64,000 bases of DNA, from the NCBI RefSeq assembly GCF_963921235.1, contig NC_086097.1, forward strand, positions 31,002,001-31,066,000. The letters are read 5' to 3'. Of this stretch, positions 49,178 to 62,109 are shown piece after piece. Below the pieces are notes generated by a model, which saw only the letters and a program-made list of their open reading frames with translations, made no database searches and was not told the origin of the DNA. The stretch comes from Mobula hypostoma (taxonomy: Eukaryota). How positions within the stretch are numbered: the first letter of the stretch is position 1; each line of letters starts with the position of its first letter. Made by a program: the position numbers and the translations under genes.

Positions 49178-50842
49178 AGACCACATGACATAGGAGCAGA
49201 ATTAGGCCATTTGGCCCTTTGAGTCTTCTCCCCCATTTTATCATGGCTGATCCATTTTTCCTCTCAGCCCCAATCACCAGCCTTTTCCCTGTGTCCCTTC
49301 ATGCCCTGACCAATCAAGAATCTATCAACCTCTGCTTTAAATATACATACAGACTTAGCTTCCACAGCTGCCTGTGGCAACAAATTCCACAGATTCACCA
49401 CTCACTGGTTAAAGAAATTCCTTCTCATCTCCGCCCCTCTATTCCTAGGCTGTGTCCTTTGGTCAGACTCTCCCACCATAGGAAATATTCACTCCACATC
49501 TAGCCTATCAAGTCCTTTCACCATTCAATAGGTTTCAATGAGGTCATCCCTCATTCTTCTGAATCCAGTGAATACAGGCTCATCAAATGCTTTTCAGATG
49601 ACAAAGCAGTTCAACCTGGAATTATTTTTGTGAACCTCCTTTGAACCCTCTCCAGTTTCAGCACATCCTTTCTAAGATAAGGGACCCAAAATTGCTCACA
49701 ATACTCTAAGTAAGGCCTCACCAGTGCTTTATAAAGTCTCAATATTATGCCCTTGCTTTTATATTCTAGTCCTCTCAAAATGAGTGTTAACATTGCATTT
49801 GCCTGCCTCACCACAGCCTCAATCTACAAATTAACCTTTAGGAAACCCTGCACAAGCATTCCCAAGTTCCTTTGCACTTCATTTTTTTGTATTTTCTCTC
49901 CATTTAGAAAATAATCAACCATTTCTTCTATCAAAGTGCATGACCATACACTTCCTGACACTATATTCCATCTGCAATTTCTTTGTCCATTCTCCTGATC
50001 TAAGTCCTTCTGTAGCCCCTCTCCTTCCTCAAAACTACCTGGCCCTTCACCTATCTTTGTATCATCTGCAAACTTTGCAACAAAGCCATCAATTCCATTA
50101 TCCAAATCATTAACATTTAACCGATCCCCACATAGACCCCTATGGAACACTACTAGCCACTGGCAGCCAACCAGTTTTGTCAGGCAGATTTGTCAGGTGA
50201 GATTTTCCCTTGAGGAAACCATGCTGACTATGGCCTATTTTATCATGTGCCTCCAAGTACCCCAAAACTCCATCCTTAACAATTGACTCCAACATCTTCC
50301 CAACCACTGAGGTCAGACTCATCATCATCAGGTGCCATGCCCAGTTTGAGCTTTGACTGCCATGGCCCACACACTCCTGTTTCGGGTCAAGTGGATCAAT
50401 TCATTGGTATTCATTTCCAGTTCTCTGGCTGCTGTCCCCATCATCATCTGTCTTTGCCTTCCTCTTGCTTTCTTCCCTTCAATCTTTCCCATAATTACCA
50501 TGCATTCTAACTCCTGAGGTCAGACTAACTGGACTATAATTTCCTTTCTTCTGCCTCTCTCCCTTCTTCAAGAGTGGATTGACATTTGCAATTTTCCAGT
50601 CTTCCAGAATCATTCAAGAATCTAGTAATTACTAATGCCTCCATAATCTCTTCAGTGACCTCTTTCAGAACCCTGGGGTGTGGACCATCTGGTCCAGGTG
50701 ACTTACCTACCTTCAGAACAAGAACCTTTCCCAAGACCCTTCTCCTTAGTAGTGGTAACTTCAATGACTCCTTGACCACCGACACTTGGAACTTCCACCA
50801 TACTGCTAGTGTCTTCCACAGTGAAGACTGATGCAAAATAAT
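49178..50842 (-). mobile_element. 5'-truncated CR1 LINE
   Basis: KSPGPDGPHPRVLKE, SQHGFLKGKS, VAKFADDTKIG, LYKALVRPYLEYC. Confidence 0.9.
50320..50513 (-). mobile_element. Young RTE-clade 3' fragment, 194 bp, with perfect 13-bp TSD
   Basis: Minus frame ELECMVIMGKIEGKKARGRQRQMMM...RNRSVWAMAVKAQTGHGT* then (TGA)n; TSD CTGAGGTCAGACT at 50307-50319 and 50514-50526. Confidence 0.92.
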
Positions 50843-50894
50843 TAAGTCACACTATAGAACCAGAGTAGAAAAGAACAAGAGTGGATAAGTGAGT

Positions 50895-51208
50895 CAGCGT
50901 ATGATAGCGTAGCGATTAGAGTAATGTGATTACAGTGCCAGGCGCCTGGGTTCAATTCCCACCATTCTCTGTAAGGAATCTGTATGTTCTCCCTGTGAGC
51001 ATGTGGGTTTCTTCTTGTTTCAACCCTCACTCTAAAGACATACCAGTTAGGGTTAGTAAGTTGAGGGCACGCTATGTTGGTGCCAGATGTGGGCAACACT
51101 TGTAAGGCTGCCCAGCACAATCCTTGCTGATGTGATTTGGCACAAACGACGCATTTCACTGTATGCTTCGATGTATTGATGTACTGTACCTGTGACAAAT
51201 AAAGCTCA
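50895..51208 (+). mobile_element. V-SINE
   Basis: A-box-like TAGCGTAGCG, B-box GGGTTCAATTCC, GTGACAAATAAAGCT tail. Confidence 0.85.
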
Positions 51209-51749
51209 TATACAGCACAGAAACAGGCCCTTTGTCCCAACTTGTCCATGCTATAGACGTACCTAAGTGAGCTTGTCCCATATGACTGTGTTTAGCCCAC
51301 ATCCTTCAAACATTTTCTACCTTTGTACCTGTATACATGTCTATTAAATGTTGTAATTGTACCTGCCTCTACCATTTTATCTGGCACACTACTCACTGTG
51401 TGAAAAAGTTGCCCCTCAAGTCTCCTTTAAGTCCGCCCCGCAACCTTAAACCTGTGCCCTCCAGTTTTACAGTTCCTGATGCTAGGAAAAAGACTTAGCC
51501 CCATGATTTCAGACTTCCCTCAGGACACCTTAGTCTCCACGATACAGAAAAAACAGAGAACACAGAACCATACAAGATGGTACAATCAACGTTGTGTCAA
51601 CTTTTTAACCTACACTCAGATCAGCCTAACCCTTCCCTCCCACATAGCCCTCCATTTTTCTATCATCCAACCTCTCCTGATAAATTAATCCTCTCTGGTC
51701 CTAATAGATCTTTTCTATACCCTTTCCAGCATAATGACATCCTTCCCAT

Positions 51750-52030
51750 CAGGCGGCAAGGTAACGTAGTAGTTAGCTTAATGCTTTAGTGCGCCAGGAA
51801 TCAGGGTTCAATTCCCGCTGCTGTCTGTAAAGAGTTCTCCTTGTGACTGCATGGGTTTCCTCCAAATGCTCCTGTTTCCTCTCATACGACTGCTCCAAAG
51901 AAGTATGGTTTAGGGTTAATAAATTGTGGATTTACCCAACTCATCCTTGCACTGCGTTGGTTGTTGATGCAAACAATGTGTGTGGTTTCATGGAAGTGAC
52001 AAATAAATCTAGTCTTTAATCTTTAACTTT
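51750..52030 (+). mobile_element. V-SINE, internally deleted
   Basis: GGGTTCAATTCCC B-box and V-domain GGGTTTCCTCC. Confidence 0.8.
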
Positions 52031-52423
52031 AACTGGATACCCAAAACTCACACAGTATTTCTGGCAAGGTCTCACCAACAACTTAAACAGTTGTGACATA
52101 CAACCAAACTCTTTTACTCCGTGCATTGACCTAAGACAACAAATGTGTCAAATGCCTTCTTCACCACCTTGCCTCCTGGTGTCCCTGTTTTCAGGGAAGA
52201 AGTCTGTAGTCACACTTCTGTTGGAGCACCCTGAGCACCCTAGTCCTGAAGACATTTTGACCTCAGAGGAAGATCCATGTAGATTCACTAGAATGGATAC
52301 CTGACTCCAAGAGTTAAATGACAAGGTTTAAGTCTTGGCACTTTATGTGCCTAAGCACACTAGAGACAAAAGGCTGCTCAAAAATTGGAGATCCTCTTTT
52401 CCTGGTATGTGCCACTATTAAAT

Positions 52424-52755
52424 AGTGGCATGGTAGCACACTGGTTAGCGTAATGCTTTGCGCAATCGGAACACTGGGGTCAAATTCTTCTGGCTGTCTA
52501 TAAGGTGTATGTATGTTCTCCCTATGACTAAGTGAGTTTCCTATGGGTGCTCCGATTTCCTCACACACTCCAAAGACGTACGGGTTCGGGTTAATAAGTT
52601 GTGGGCATGCTATGTTGGTGCCAGAAGTGTGGCGACACTTGTGGGCCACCCAGCACATCCTCAGACTGTGTTGGGCATTGACGCAAACAACACATTTCAC
52701 TGTATGTTTTGATATTTCAATGTACAGTACTTGTGACAAATAAAGCTAATCTTTA
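52424..52755 (+). mobile_element. V-SINE, full length
   Basis: GTGGCATGGTAGCA head, V-domain GGGTGCTCCGATTTCCTC...CCAAAGAC, AATAAAGCTAATCTTT tail. Confidence 0.88.
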
Positions 52756-53899
52756 AACTCTAAGATCCAGAGGTTCCTAGGTTTCCGGCCATTATGATAC
52801 CATCAAGCATGTGAATGGCAAACCCCATTAAATGATCTAACTAATAGCAAGGAAAAAGCACAAATATTAATCACTTTCAGGCAAGGGTAGTCTGGGACTT
52901 TATTCCTAGAACATTGGAGATTGAAGGGTGACTTGAAAGAGGTATACAAGACCAAGAGGGCATAGACTGGATGAAAGCACATTCTCTTTTTCCCAGGGAG
53001 GGACTACTAAAAACAAGAGAGCATAGAGTCTAAGATCAGAGGAGAGAGATTTAAGAGACATCAGGGGTGGTTTCTTCTTGCACAGGGGGTGGGGTGCATA
53101 TTTGGAATGATCTGCCAGAAATAGTGGTTGATGTGAGCACATTAAAAAGGATCTGTATAAGTACATAGGTAGGAGAGGTTTAGAGGGCTATGGGGCAAAT
53201 GTGAGCAGATAGGACTAGCTTGCTAGGCAACACACCATGTATGAATGTATAGTTCCCAGGTCTCTCAAGTCCATGCCTGGGTAACAGAGACTGGTAGCAT
53301 GCTGTTTTGTCAGCATTATTGCTTATGATCATATGATGCTACCAGGTGAACTGAATGCACTTTGATGTTCTCTCAGCCCATATTTCCAATGTGCTGTGTC
53401 CAATATATGGGTAACAATTTAACTGTATATGAGTATCAAGTGCTATTTTTGTATGTGAAGCACTCAGAGAAATGAGAAGCTGTAAGTTTATAGCAATTAT
53501 TATTTTTTTCAAACTGGACACCAATGAAGTCTCACCGCTATTGATTAGAGGTTTAGAGGGCTATGGAGTAAACATGGGTAGATGGGATTGGCTTGCTGGG
53601 CAACACCTTTAGCATGGGTAAGCTGGAACAAAGGGCCTGTTTCCATGCTAGAACTACGTGACTCTGTATAATTACTAGGTTGCTTCAGAGCAGGCTAGAA
53701 AAGGAGCAGTGTGCAGATAGTACCAGAAAGCTCTGGAAATACTCCACCAATACCCAGTACTCCATTGAAAGAGAGATCAATAAACCTATAGATACTAATA
53801 TCAGCGACAGTTAGTGAACAGGGAAGAGCTGCTTGATCTTACTGAATGGAGTATCAGGCACAAGGGGCCAATTCACTTACTCCTGGCTCAAATTCTTCC

Positions 53900-54648
53900 T
53901 ATGCAACACACAAAAAGCTCAGGAACTCAGCAGGTCAGGTAGCTGCTGAGTTCCTATGGAGGGAAGTGGACAGTTGATGTTTTGGGTCAAGATCCTTCAC
54001 TTGGACTGGAAAGGAAGAGTGGAGAGAGCCAGTATAAAAAGTACAGGGGAAGGGGTGGAGCAAGAGCTGGGGGATCTGGGGTGGGGGTGCTGATAAGCGG
54101 GTGAAGGGGGAAGACCACGAATGATGTAAGAAGCTGGGAAGTGATGGTTGGAAGGGATAACAGGCTGAAGATGATGGAGACGACAGTGGACCATGGAATA
54201 AAGGGAAGCAGGTGAGGAGGGGGACTAAAGGAAGGAAGGTGTGGGTGATGGGCAGACTGGGAAGGGAAGGGAGGGGAAGAGATTTAGTGATGTGGGCTGG
54301 TGGGATAAGGGAAAATCAAGGCCAGTGGTTACCATAAATGAGAGAAATTGACATTCATGCTGTCAGGTTAGAGACCACCAAGGCGAAATGTGAGGTGCTC
54401 TTCCTCTAGCCTCAACATGCCATTAGAGGAGGCCGTGGACACTCATGTCAGTGTGGGAGTAGGAAGTGAAATTAAAGTGGGAGATCCCAGCCAGTTCTAT
54501 TTCCTCCTGTCCCGTGAAGGGTCTCAGCCCGAAACATCGACTGTTTTTCACCCCCCCCCAATACACATTGCCTGACTTGCAGTGTTCCTCCAGAATTTTG
54601 TATGTGTTCTCAAGATTTCCAGCCTCTGCAGAATCTTTTGTGTTTATG
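53900..54648 (-). mobile_element. PLE 3' end (53900-54490, minus) joined to an inverted 3'-end copy (54495-54648, plus)
   Basis: Antisense GIY-YIG terminus at ~54340-54490; degenerate hammerheads at 53971-54008 (-) and 54508-54543 (+). Confidence 0.8.
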
Positions 54649-56194
54649 ATCTATTTCTCCTTGGTTGTGCCTCAGAAACCTGCCACCCTAAATAATAAAA
54701 AAGCAGGAAAATCAAGACAATTTTGGGCAGAACACGGGTGCATGGTAGTGAAAACTTTTATCACACACCTATTGGGAAGAGTTGCAAATTAACCAGCTCT
54801 GAATACACTTTAAGAATCCTAACAACCCCAAAATGCCCAACTCTCCTACAGCAACACGGTGATTAATGCTTTGATGATCAAGACAAGATGTTCAACTTTA
54901 TTTGCTATGCAAGATTCCTTGGTATCTTACATACCTATGTATGCTGGATACAGACAAGAGATGTGGTTAACAAACAGAGAGATAAGAGCTGAACCAATTA
55001 GCATCTCAATAAAAGACAGACTCATTTGAAAGGGCATTAGACATCAGCAAGGATGAGATAACGAAACAGGCCACAAATAGCCCCTGTGTTCCTTGAAGGA
55101 GCTGAATTTACTAAAAATTCTGAGTGTGTGCTACAGAATAATAACTCAATTTAATCTCATCATAAAATGAAAAGTTAAAATGAAAAATAAACAGCATTGT
55201 TGATTCTTTTGCCCAAAGACAGACTTCCTCAATAAACTTCTGTAGATGTAACATTAGGTGAGTCCTAAATCAAATAGGAAAGGCCCCAGCAGAAATCGGT
55301 CAACATGGATTTAATGTAATTGTTAGAAATTAGGAAAATAGTTTCCCCCAGAGGGTGTAGGGCATCTGGAACTCACAGCCCAGAAGGTTATTGGGGGGAG
55401 AGGGAGATACCCTGTTGCATTTAGTCATAGAATCTGAATCAGGTTTATTATCACTGACTTACAGGATGTGGAGCTCGTTTAGTGTTAGCAGTACAGTGAA
55501 GTACATAAAATTAGTATAAATTACAAAATAAATAAATACTGCAAGTAGAAAAGAATAATTAAGTAGTTTTCATGGGTTCACGGACCATTCAGAAATCTGA
55601 TGGTGGAGGGGAAGAAGCTGCTTCTATACAGCACGTCAACAGGTCCTTTAAAAATGCTCATCTATAATGATCACAATGTCTATCTAAGCTAGTCCCATTT
55701 GTCTGTGTTTGATCCCACCAAACCTGCCAAAATGTCTTTTAGACACTGTAATTGTATCCACCTCTATTACCTTCTCCAACAGCTCTCCTCTTACACCCAC
55801 CACTACCTGTGTGGAAAAGTTGCCTCTCAGGTCCCTTTTAAACTTTCCCCTCTCACCTTAAACCAAAGCTCCCTAATCTTAGACTCACCTATCCTTGGGA
55901 TAGGACTGACCATCCACCTCATCAACATCCCTCTTGTTCTTTATGAGTTTTGTAAGGTCATGCCTCAGCCTCCTACAGTCCAGGGAGAAATGCCCCAGCT
56001 CGTCCTCATAACTCAAGCCTTCCAGTGCTGGTAACATCCCTGTGAATGATAATAGAGTCATAGAATAATGCAGCACGGAAACAGGCCCTTCAGCCCAACT
56101 GGTCCATGCCGACCAAAATCCCCATCTTAGTCCCATTTGGTAGCACTTGATGCTTATCCCCCTAAACCTTTTCTACCTTTGAACCTTTTAAATA

Positions 56195-56735
56195 TTCAAA
56201 GTAAAATTTATAATCACAGTACATACATGTTACCAAATCTATAGAACAGTAACTGTAAACAGGATCAATGGACAACAAACCGAGCAAAGCAAATATATAT
56301 AAATAGCAATAAATAACGAGCATGAAAAAATAAGACAAGGAGTCCTTAAAGTGAGACCGTTGGTTGTGGGAACACCAGAAGTACGTTAGTAGAATGAGTG
56401 TAGTTATCCCCTTTTGTTCAAGAGCCTGATGGTTGAGGGGTGGTAACTGTATTTGAACCTGGTGGTGCGAGTCCTGAGACATCTGTACCTTCTACTTGAT
56501 GGCAGCTGCAAGAAAGGGTGGTGAAGATTTTTGATGATGGATGCTGCTTTTCTAAGGCAACATTTCATGTAGATGTGCTCAATGGTTGGGAGGGTTTTAC
56601 TCATGACGGACTGAACCAAATCCACTACCTTTTGTAGGATTTTCTGCACCAAGGCACTGGTGTTTCCATTCCAAGCTGTAACACAGCCAGCCAGCACACT
56701 TTCCAACACACACCTCTATAAGTTTGCCGAGGTTA
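56195..56735 (-). mobile_element. Rex1/Babar 3' fragment nested in a CR1 fragment (~56050-56850)
   Basis: ESVLAGCVTAWNGN...LQKVV...LPSSRRYRCLRTRTTRF. Confidence 0.8.
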
Positions 56736-57134
56736 TTATTGAACTTGCCTCAACCACTTCCCCTGACAGCTTGATCCACTTAACCACCACTCTCTGGGTA
56801 AGAAAGTTGCTTCTCAGGTTCAATTAATTCTTTCCCCTCTCACGTTAAAGCTGTGGAGAACCTGTCTGTGAACACTGTTGTGTGTCCACCTGCAGGAGAC
56901 AGACAGAGTTCAGGATTACATCTCCACTGAGGGTGACAACTCTAACACAGCAGGAGGCTCAGTCTGGTTTCTAAGTGAAACCTGAACTTCTGGCTGACCT
57001 ATCTCATTATGTCTCAGCAGTTAGGCTTCATCAGTTGCTGAGTGCAACTGGGCCACACATCCCTAGCCAATGCTATGGTGGCGAGGAAGGAGGAATCGAG
57101 TATTCTACAACTCAGCTCAGAATAAATGGTGTAT

Positions 57135-57492
57135 AGATGGTGCAATAGTTAGCACAATGTGTTACTGCACCAGTAACTGGGGTTCAATTCCTACTGCTGT
57201 TTGTAAGGAGTTTGCACATTCTCCTTGTGACTACATGGGTTTCCCCCAGGTGCTCTGGTTTCCTCCCATATTCCAAAAACATACAGGTTATGGTTAGTAA
57301 ATAGAGGGCATTCTATGTTGACAGGTTATGGTCAGTAAATAGAGGGCATCCTATGTTGGTGTTGGAAGCATGGAAATGCTTGCGGGCTGTACCCAAGCAC
57401 ATCCTTGGATTGTGTTGGTCATTGACACAAATAACGCATTTCACAATATATTTGGATCTTTCAATTTACGTGTGACAAATAAAGCTAATCTT
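57135..57492 (+). mobile_element. V-SINE with an internal 38-bp tandem duplication
   Basis: B-box GGTTCAATTCC; ACAGGTTATGGT.AGTAAATAGAGGGCAT.CTATGTTG at 57283 and 57321. Confidence 0.85.
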
Positions 57493-58854
57493 TTGTGGGA
57501 AGGAAGCGTCGAGGAAGATTGAGGCATCGCGGAAGGCGAGTGAGAGTTCAGCGCCGACTGCCTTCCTTTTGATCGCTGCTGTGAAGGAGTCTGTAAGCGG
57601 CCTGTCGCTGTGTGGCTTGCTGTAGCAGGTGGGTTGGGTGTTGCTGCGTTCGTGTAGTGTCTGTGGTTCTGCACTTATGGATTGGACTATTCCATTTATG
57701 GACTGTGGACATCTTCAGACTTATGGGTTTTTATATTCTGTGTTTTTTATTGCCCATTATTTTTCCATTTTGTTAATCAAGGGAAGAGTGTTTAGGGATT
57801 GATGTTCTGTTGGTCTATTTGTGTGGGGAGGGGATGTTAATTGGGGGTCAATGTTCCTGTTTCATTTTGTGCAGTGGAGAGGGAGTTTTAGGGATTAATG
57901 ATCGGGATGCCATTCTTTCTTGTGCGGGGGGAGGGTTGATGTTTCTCCCTGTACGACTTTCATATTCTTTCTTTGTTTCATGACTATCTGGAGAAGATGA
58001 ATTTCAGAGTCGGATATGGATTCATGCTTTGAAAATAAATGAACCTTTGAACCACTGAACCTTTCGAATCTTTGAAATCAGCTGGCATTCTTGCTCTGAA
58101 TCAGCGTCCAGGTGTATTTCACGGACAAGCCAGGAATAACATTAGCACAGGTTTGGGAATGACAGACATGATCCCACACTTTACTACTAATCACTCATCC
58201 CACTGAGCATCCCTTCAGAAAGAGGCTCCTAATATATCAGAGAACACAAGGTACTGAGGGGGTGGTAATGCTGTACAAAATAGTCACTGTCCACAGTGAC
58301 AACCAGAGCAAGGTTCTGAGGGCACTCATCAGCCCTGGAACTGAATCCCAACAGGATCCGAGTAGCTTCAGATGAAGTTGGACAGAGCACAGGAAAGCAT
58401 GTACTAACAGGCACCTGCTGTTATAATGTTTCCATAGTATAAAATGGACTCACAATCTACCTGGTTCTGACCTTGCACCATGTTGATCTCCTGCACTGCA
58501 GTGTCTCTGTCACCGTTATCTTTTATTCTGCATTATGGATGGCATGTAGAAGAAAGATCAGTAGATGTGATAATAATATTAAACAAATTTACAATCCCAG
58601 CAGCAAGTTAGGTTGGTAAAAGCCATTTACATCTTAAAATCCAAGAGATGTACTTGCTCCAGAACTCATCAAACACAATATTTATGGAGAACCTATCATA
58701 TGACATTCAGAATGGCATTTATATATCAAATAGAACAATAAAATATCTTAAAATCGCAGTGCAAGCACACCCTTTCTATAGTGTGGAAATGGAAATGCTC
58801 AGTGTGGTTTAAATGGTGCTTTTTAATGTTGCAATATAGAGTCCCAACCTTTAA

Positions 58855-61275
58855 TCTGATTCAAGTGTATTATCACAGGCATGTATCATGAAATTTGTTA
58901 ACTTAGCAGCAGCAGTTCAAAGTAATACATAATAATTTAGAAAGAAAAATAAATAAATATGTAAATCAATTATAGTAAATATTGAATAGATTTAAATGGT
59001 GCAAAAAAAACAAAAATAACATTTTTTAAAAAGTAAGGTAATGTTCATGGGTTCAAGGCCCATTTTGAAATCAGATGACAGAGGGGAAGAAACTGTCCCT
59101 GAATCATTGAGTGGGTGCCTTCAGGCTTTTGCACCTCCTTCCTGATGGTAGCAATGAGATGAGGGCATGCCCTGGGTGATGGGGTTCTTAATAATGGATG
59201 TTGCCTTTCTGAGGCACTGCTCCTTGAAGATGTTTTGGGTACAATGGAGGCTAGTACCTAAGTTGGATCTGACTAATCTTATGACTTTCTGTAGCTTCTT
59301 TCAGTCCTGTGTAGTAGCCCCCCCTCCCCCTACCCCACCATACCAGACAGTGATGCAACCTGTCAGAAAGTTCTCCATGGTACATATAAATAAGTTTTTG
59401 AGTGCTTTAGTGGACAAACCAAATCTCTTCAAACTCCTAATGAAATATAGCTGCTGTCTTGTCTTCTTTATAGCTGCATCATTATGTTGGGGTCAGGTTA
59501 GATCCTCAGAGATCTTGACACCCAGGAACTTGAAATTACTCTCTCTTTCCACTTCTGATCCCTCCATGAGGATTGGTTCATGTTCCCTTGTCTTACCCTT
59601 CCGGAAGTCCACAATCAGTTCTTTCATCTTACTGACACTGAGTACAAGGTTGTTGCTGTAACACCACTCAACTAGCTGATATATCTCACTCCTGAAAACC
59701 CTCTCATCTTCATCCGAGATTCTGCCAACAAAGGTTGTATTATTAGCAAATTTATAGATGGCATTTGAGCTATACTAGACACACAGTCATGGGTATAGAG
59801 AGAGTAGAGTAGTGGGCTAAGCACACACCCCTGAGGTGCATCAGTGCTGATCGTCAGCAAGGAAGAGATATTATCACCAATCTGCACAGAATGTGGTCTT
59901 CCAGTTAGGAAGTCGAGGATCCAATTGCAAAGGGAGGTACAGAGGCCCAGGTTCTGTAACTTATCAATCAGGATTGTGGGAATGATGGTGTTGAACGCCA
60001 AGCTATACTCAAAGAACAGCATCCTGACATAGGTAACACACATCAAAGTTGCTGGTGAACGCAGCAGGCCAAGCAGCATCTATAGGAAGAGGCGCAGTCG
60101 ACGTTTCAGGCCGAGTCCTGACATAGGTGTTTGTATTGTCCAGGTAGTCTAAGGCTGTGTGAAGAGCCACTGAATTGCATCTGCCGTAGTAGACCTATTG
60201 TGAAGATAGGTAAATTACAGTGGGTTCAGGTCCTGGCTGAGGCAGGAGTTGATTCTAGCCATGACCAACCTTTCAGAGGATTTAATCACCACAGATGTGA
60301 GTGCTACTGGATGACAGTCAATAAGGCAGCTCACACTACTCTTCTTGGGCACTGGCATAATTGTCGCCTTTTTGAAGCAGGTGGGAACTTCTGACCGTAG
60401 CAGTGAGAGGTTGAAAATGTCCTTGAATACACCTGTCAGTTGTTTAGCAAAAGTTTTCAGAGCCTCACCAGGTACTCCATCAAGACCTGACACCTTGTGA
60501 GAGTTCACCCTCCTTAGAGACAGCTTAACATCAGCCTCCGAGACAGAGATCACAGGGTCACTGGGTGCAGCATGGATCTTCACAGCTGTAGTTATATTCT
60601 TCCTTTCAAAGTGGGCATGGAAGGTGTTGAGCTCATCTGGTAGTGAAGCATCACTGCCATTCATGCTATTGGATTTCGTTTAATAGGAGGTAATGTCTTG
60701 CAGACCCTGCCAGAGTTGACATGCATCTGATGTCACCTCCAACCTCACTCAGAATTGTCTCTTCGCTCTTGAAATAGCCCTGTGCAAGTCATACCTGGCG
60801 TTCTTGTACAGACCTGGGTCACCAGATTTAAATGTCACGGATCTAGCCCTCATCCACAGCTTTTGGTTTGAGAATGTACAGCAAGTTTTCATAAGCACAC
60901 ACTCATCCACGCAGGTTTTAATGAAGTCGGTAACAATTGCAGCATATTCATCCAGATTCTTAGATAAGTCCCTGAATACAGTCCAGTCCACCAATTCAAA
61001 GCAGTCCTGTAAGTGCTGCTGTGCTTCCTTTGTCCATTCTTTCTTGGTCCTCACTACTGGTGCTGCAGTCTTCAGTCTCTGCCAATACTCAGGGAGCAGC
61101 AGTACAGCCAGGTGATCAGACTTCCTGAAGTGAAGGCGTGGAACAGCTCAGTAGGCATTCTTGATGGTGGTGTAACAGTGGTCTGGTACTATAAGTGATT
61201 TGTTGATGGTAATTATTTAGTGATTTTCTCTCAGGCTGACCTGGTTGAAATTCTCCAAAATGATGGTGAAGGTGA
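58855..61275 (-). mobile_element. Rex1/Babar LINE, 2.4 kb (end of endonuclease, RT, 3' tail), decayed
   Basis: [67 protein letters not shown]. Confidence 0.93.
60035..60115 (-). mobile_element. 81-bp PLE 3'-end fragment with perfect 13-bp TSD
   Basis: TCCTGACATAGGT at 60022-60034 and 60116-60128; insert homologous to 39873-39955. Confidence 0.9.
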
Positions 61276-61309
61276 CTTTAGGCCCAACCCTATAAAGGCT
61301 GTTAATTTA

Positions 61310-61610
61310 GAGTAGCACGATAGCATAGTGCTATTACAGTGCCAGCTACCCGAAGCAGGTTAAATTCCGCCACTGCCGGACAGGAGTTTGTACGTTCTCC
61401 CCGTGACCGCGTGAGTTTCCTCCCACATTCCAAAGACATACAAGCTAGGGTTAGTGAGTTGTGGGCATGTTATGTTGGCGCCAGAAGCGTGGTGACATTT
61501 GCGGGCTTCCCTCAGCACAATCCTTGGGCTGTGCTGGCCGTTGACGCAAATGGCGCGTTTCACCATATGTTGCGATGTACGTATGACAAATACTGATCCT
61601 TTATCTTTAA
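61310..61610 (+). mobile_element. V-SINE
   Basis: Head TAGCATAGTG, V-domain TTTCCTCCCACATTCCAAAGAC, shared body. Confidence 0.82.
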
Positions 61611-62109
61611 ATCTCTGTCCACTTAAGATGTAGGAACAAAAAAGATTTTGGCTATTTTAAAATAGTCCGAGGATTTTAGTCTCAATCAGCCTGTCTGGAC
61701 AGTGCGTTCCACACCTCATCATTATTCCCTGGGGCAGGAAAATGGAAAACAGACACAGATGAGTGTGAAGCCCTGTTGCAGTCAGAATACAATAATGCCC
61801 CTTTCGGAGGAAGAACTTCTTTAGCCAGAGGTTGGTGAATCTGTGGAATTCAATGCTAAAGGTGGTTCTGGAGACCAAGTCATTGGGTATATGTAAAGCA
61901 AAGGTTGATTGGTTCTTTAGTAAAAGTGTCAAAGGTTAGGGGGAGACAGCAGGAGATAAACGGTGACAGTTTGTGGGCAGCTCACAAAATTTCTAGATAT
62001 ACTGTGCTTCTTTTGAGCTACTATTGTTGCAAACTGCAGCCTATAATTTCCCTTTAAGAAACATACTTCTGAACCACCTAAACAAATTAGCGATTTTAGG
62101 GAGGAGCGG

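Noticed and set aside
50895..52755. tRNA genes suggested by A/B-box motifs
   Set aside because: These are SINE heads that continue into the V-domain and a LINE-like tail, with no intact cloverleaf.
53175..53606. Direct repeats (GAGGTTTAGAGGGCTATGG...GGCAACAC) as LTRs or a TSD
   Set aside because: They are two diverged CR1 3'-end fragments with no TG..CA termini.
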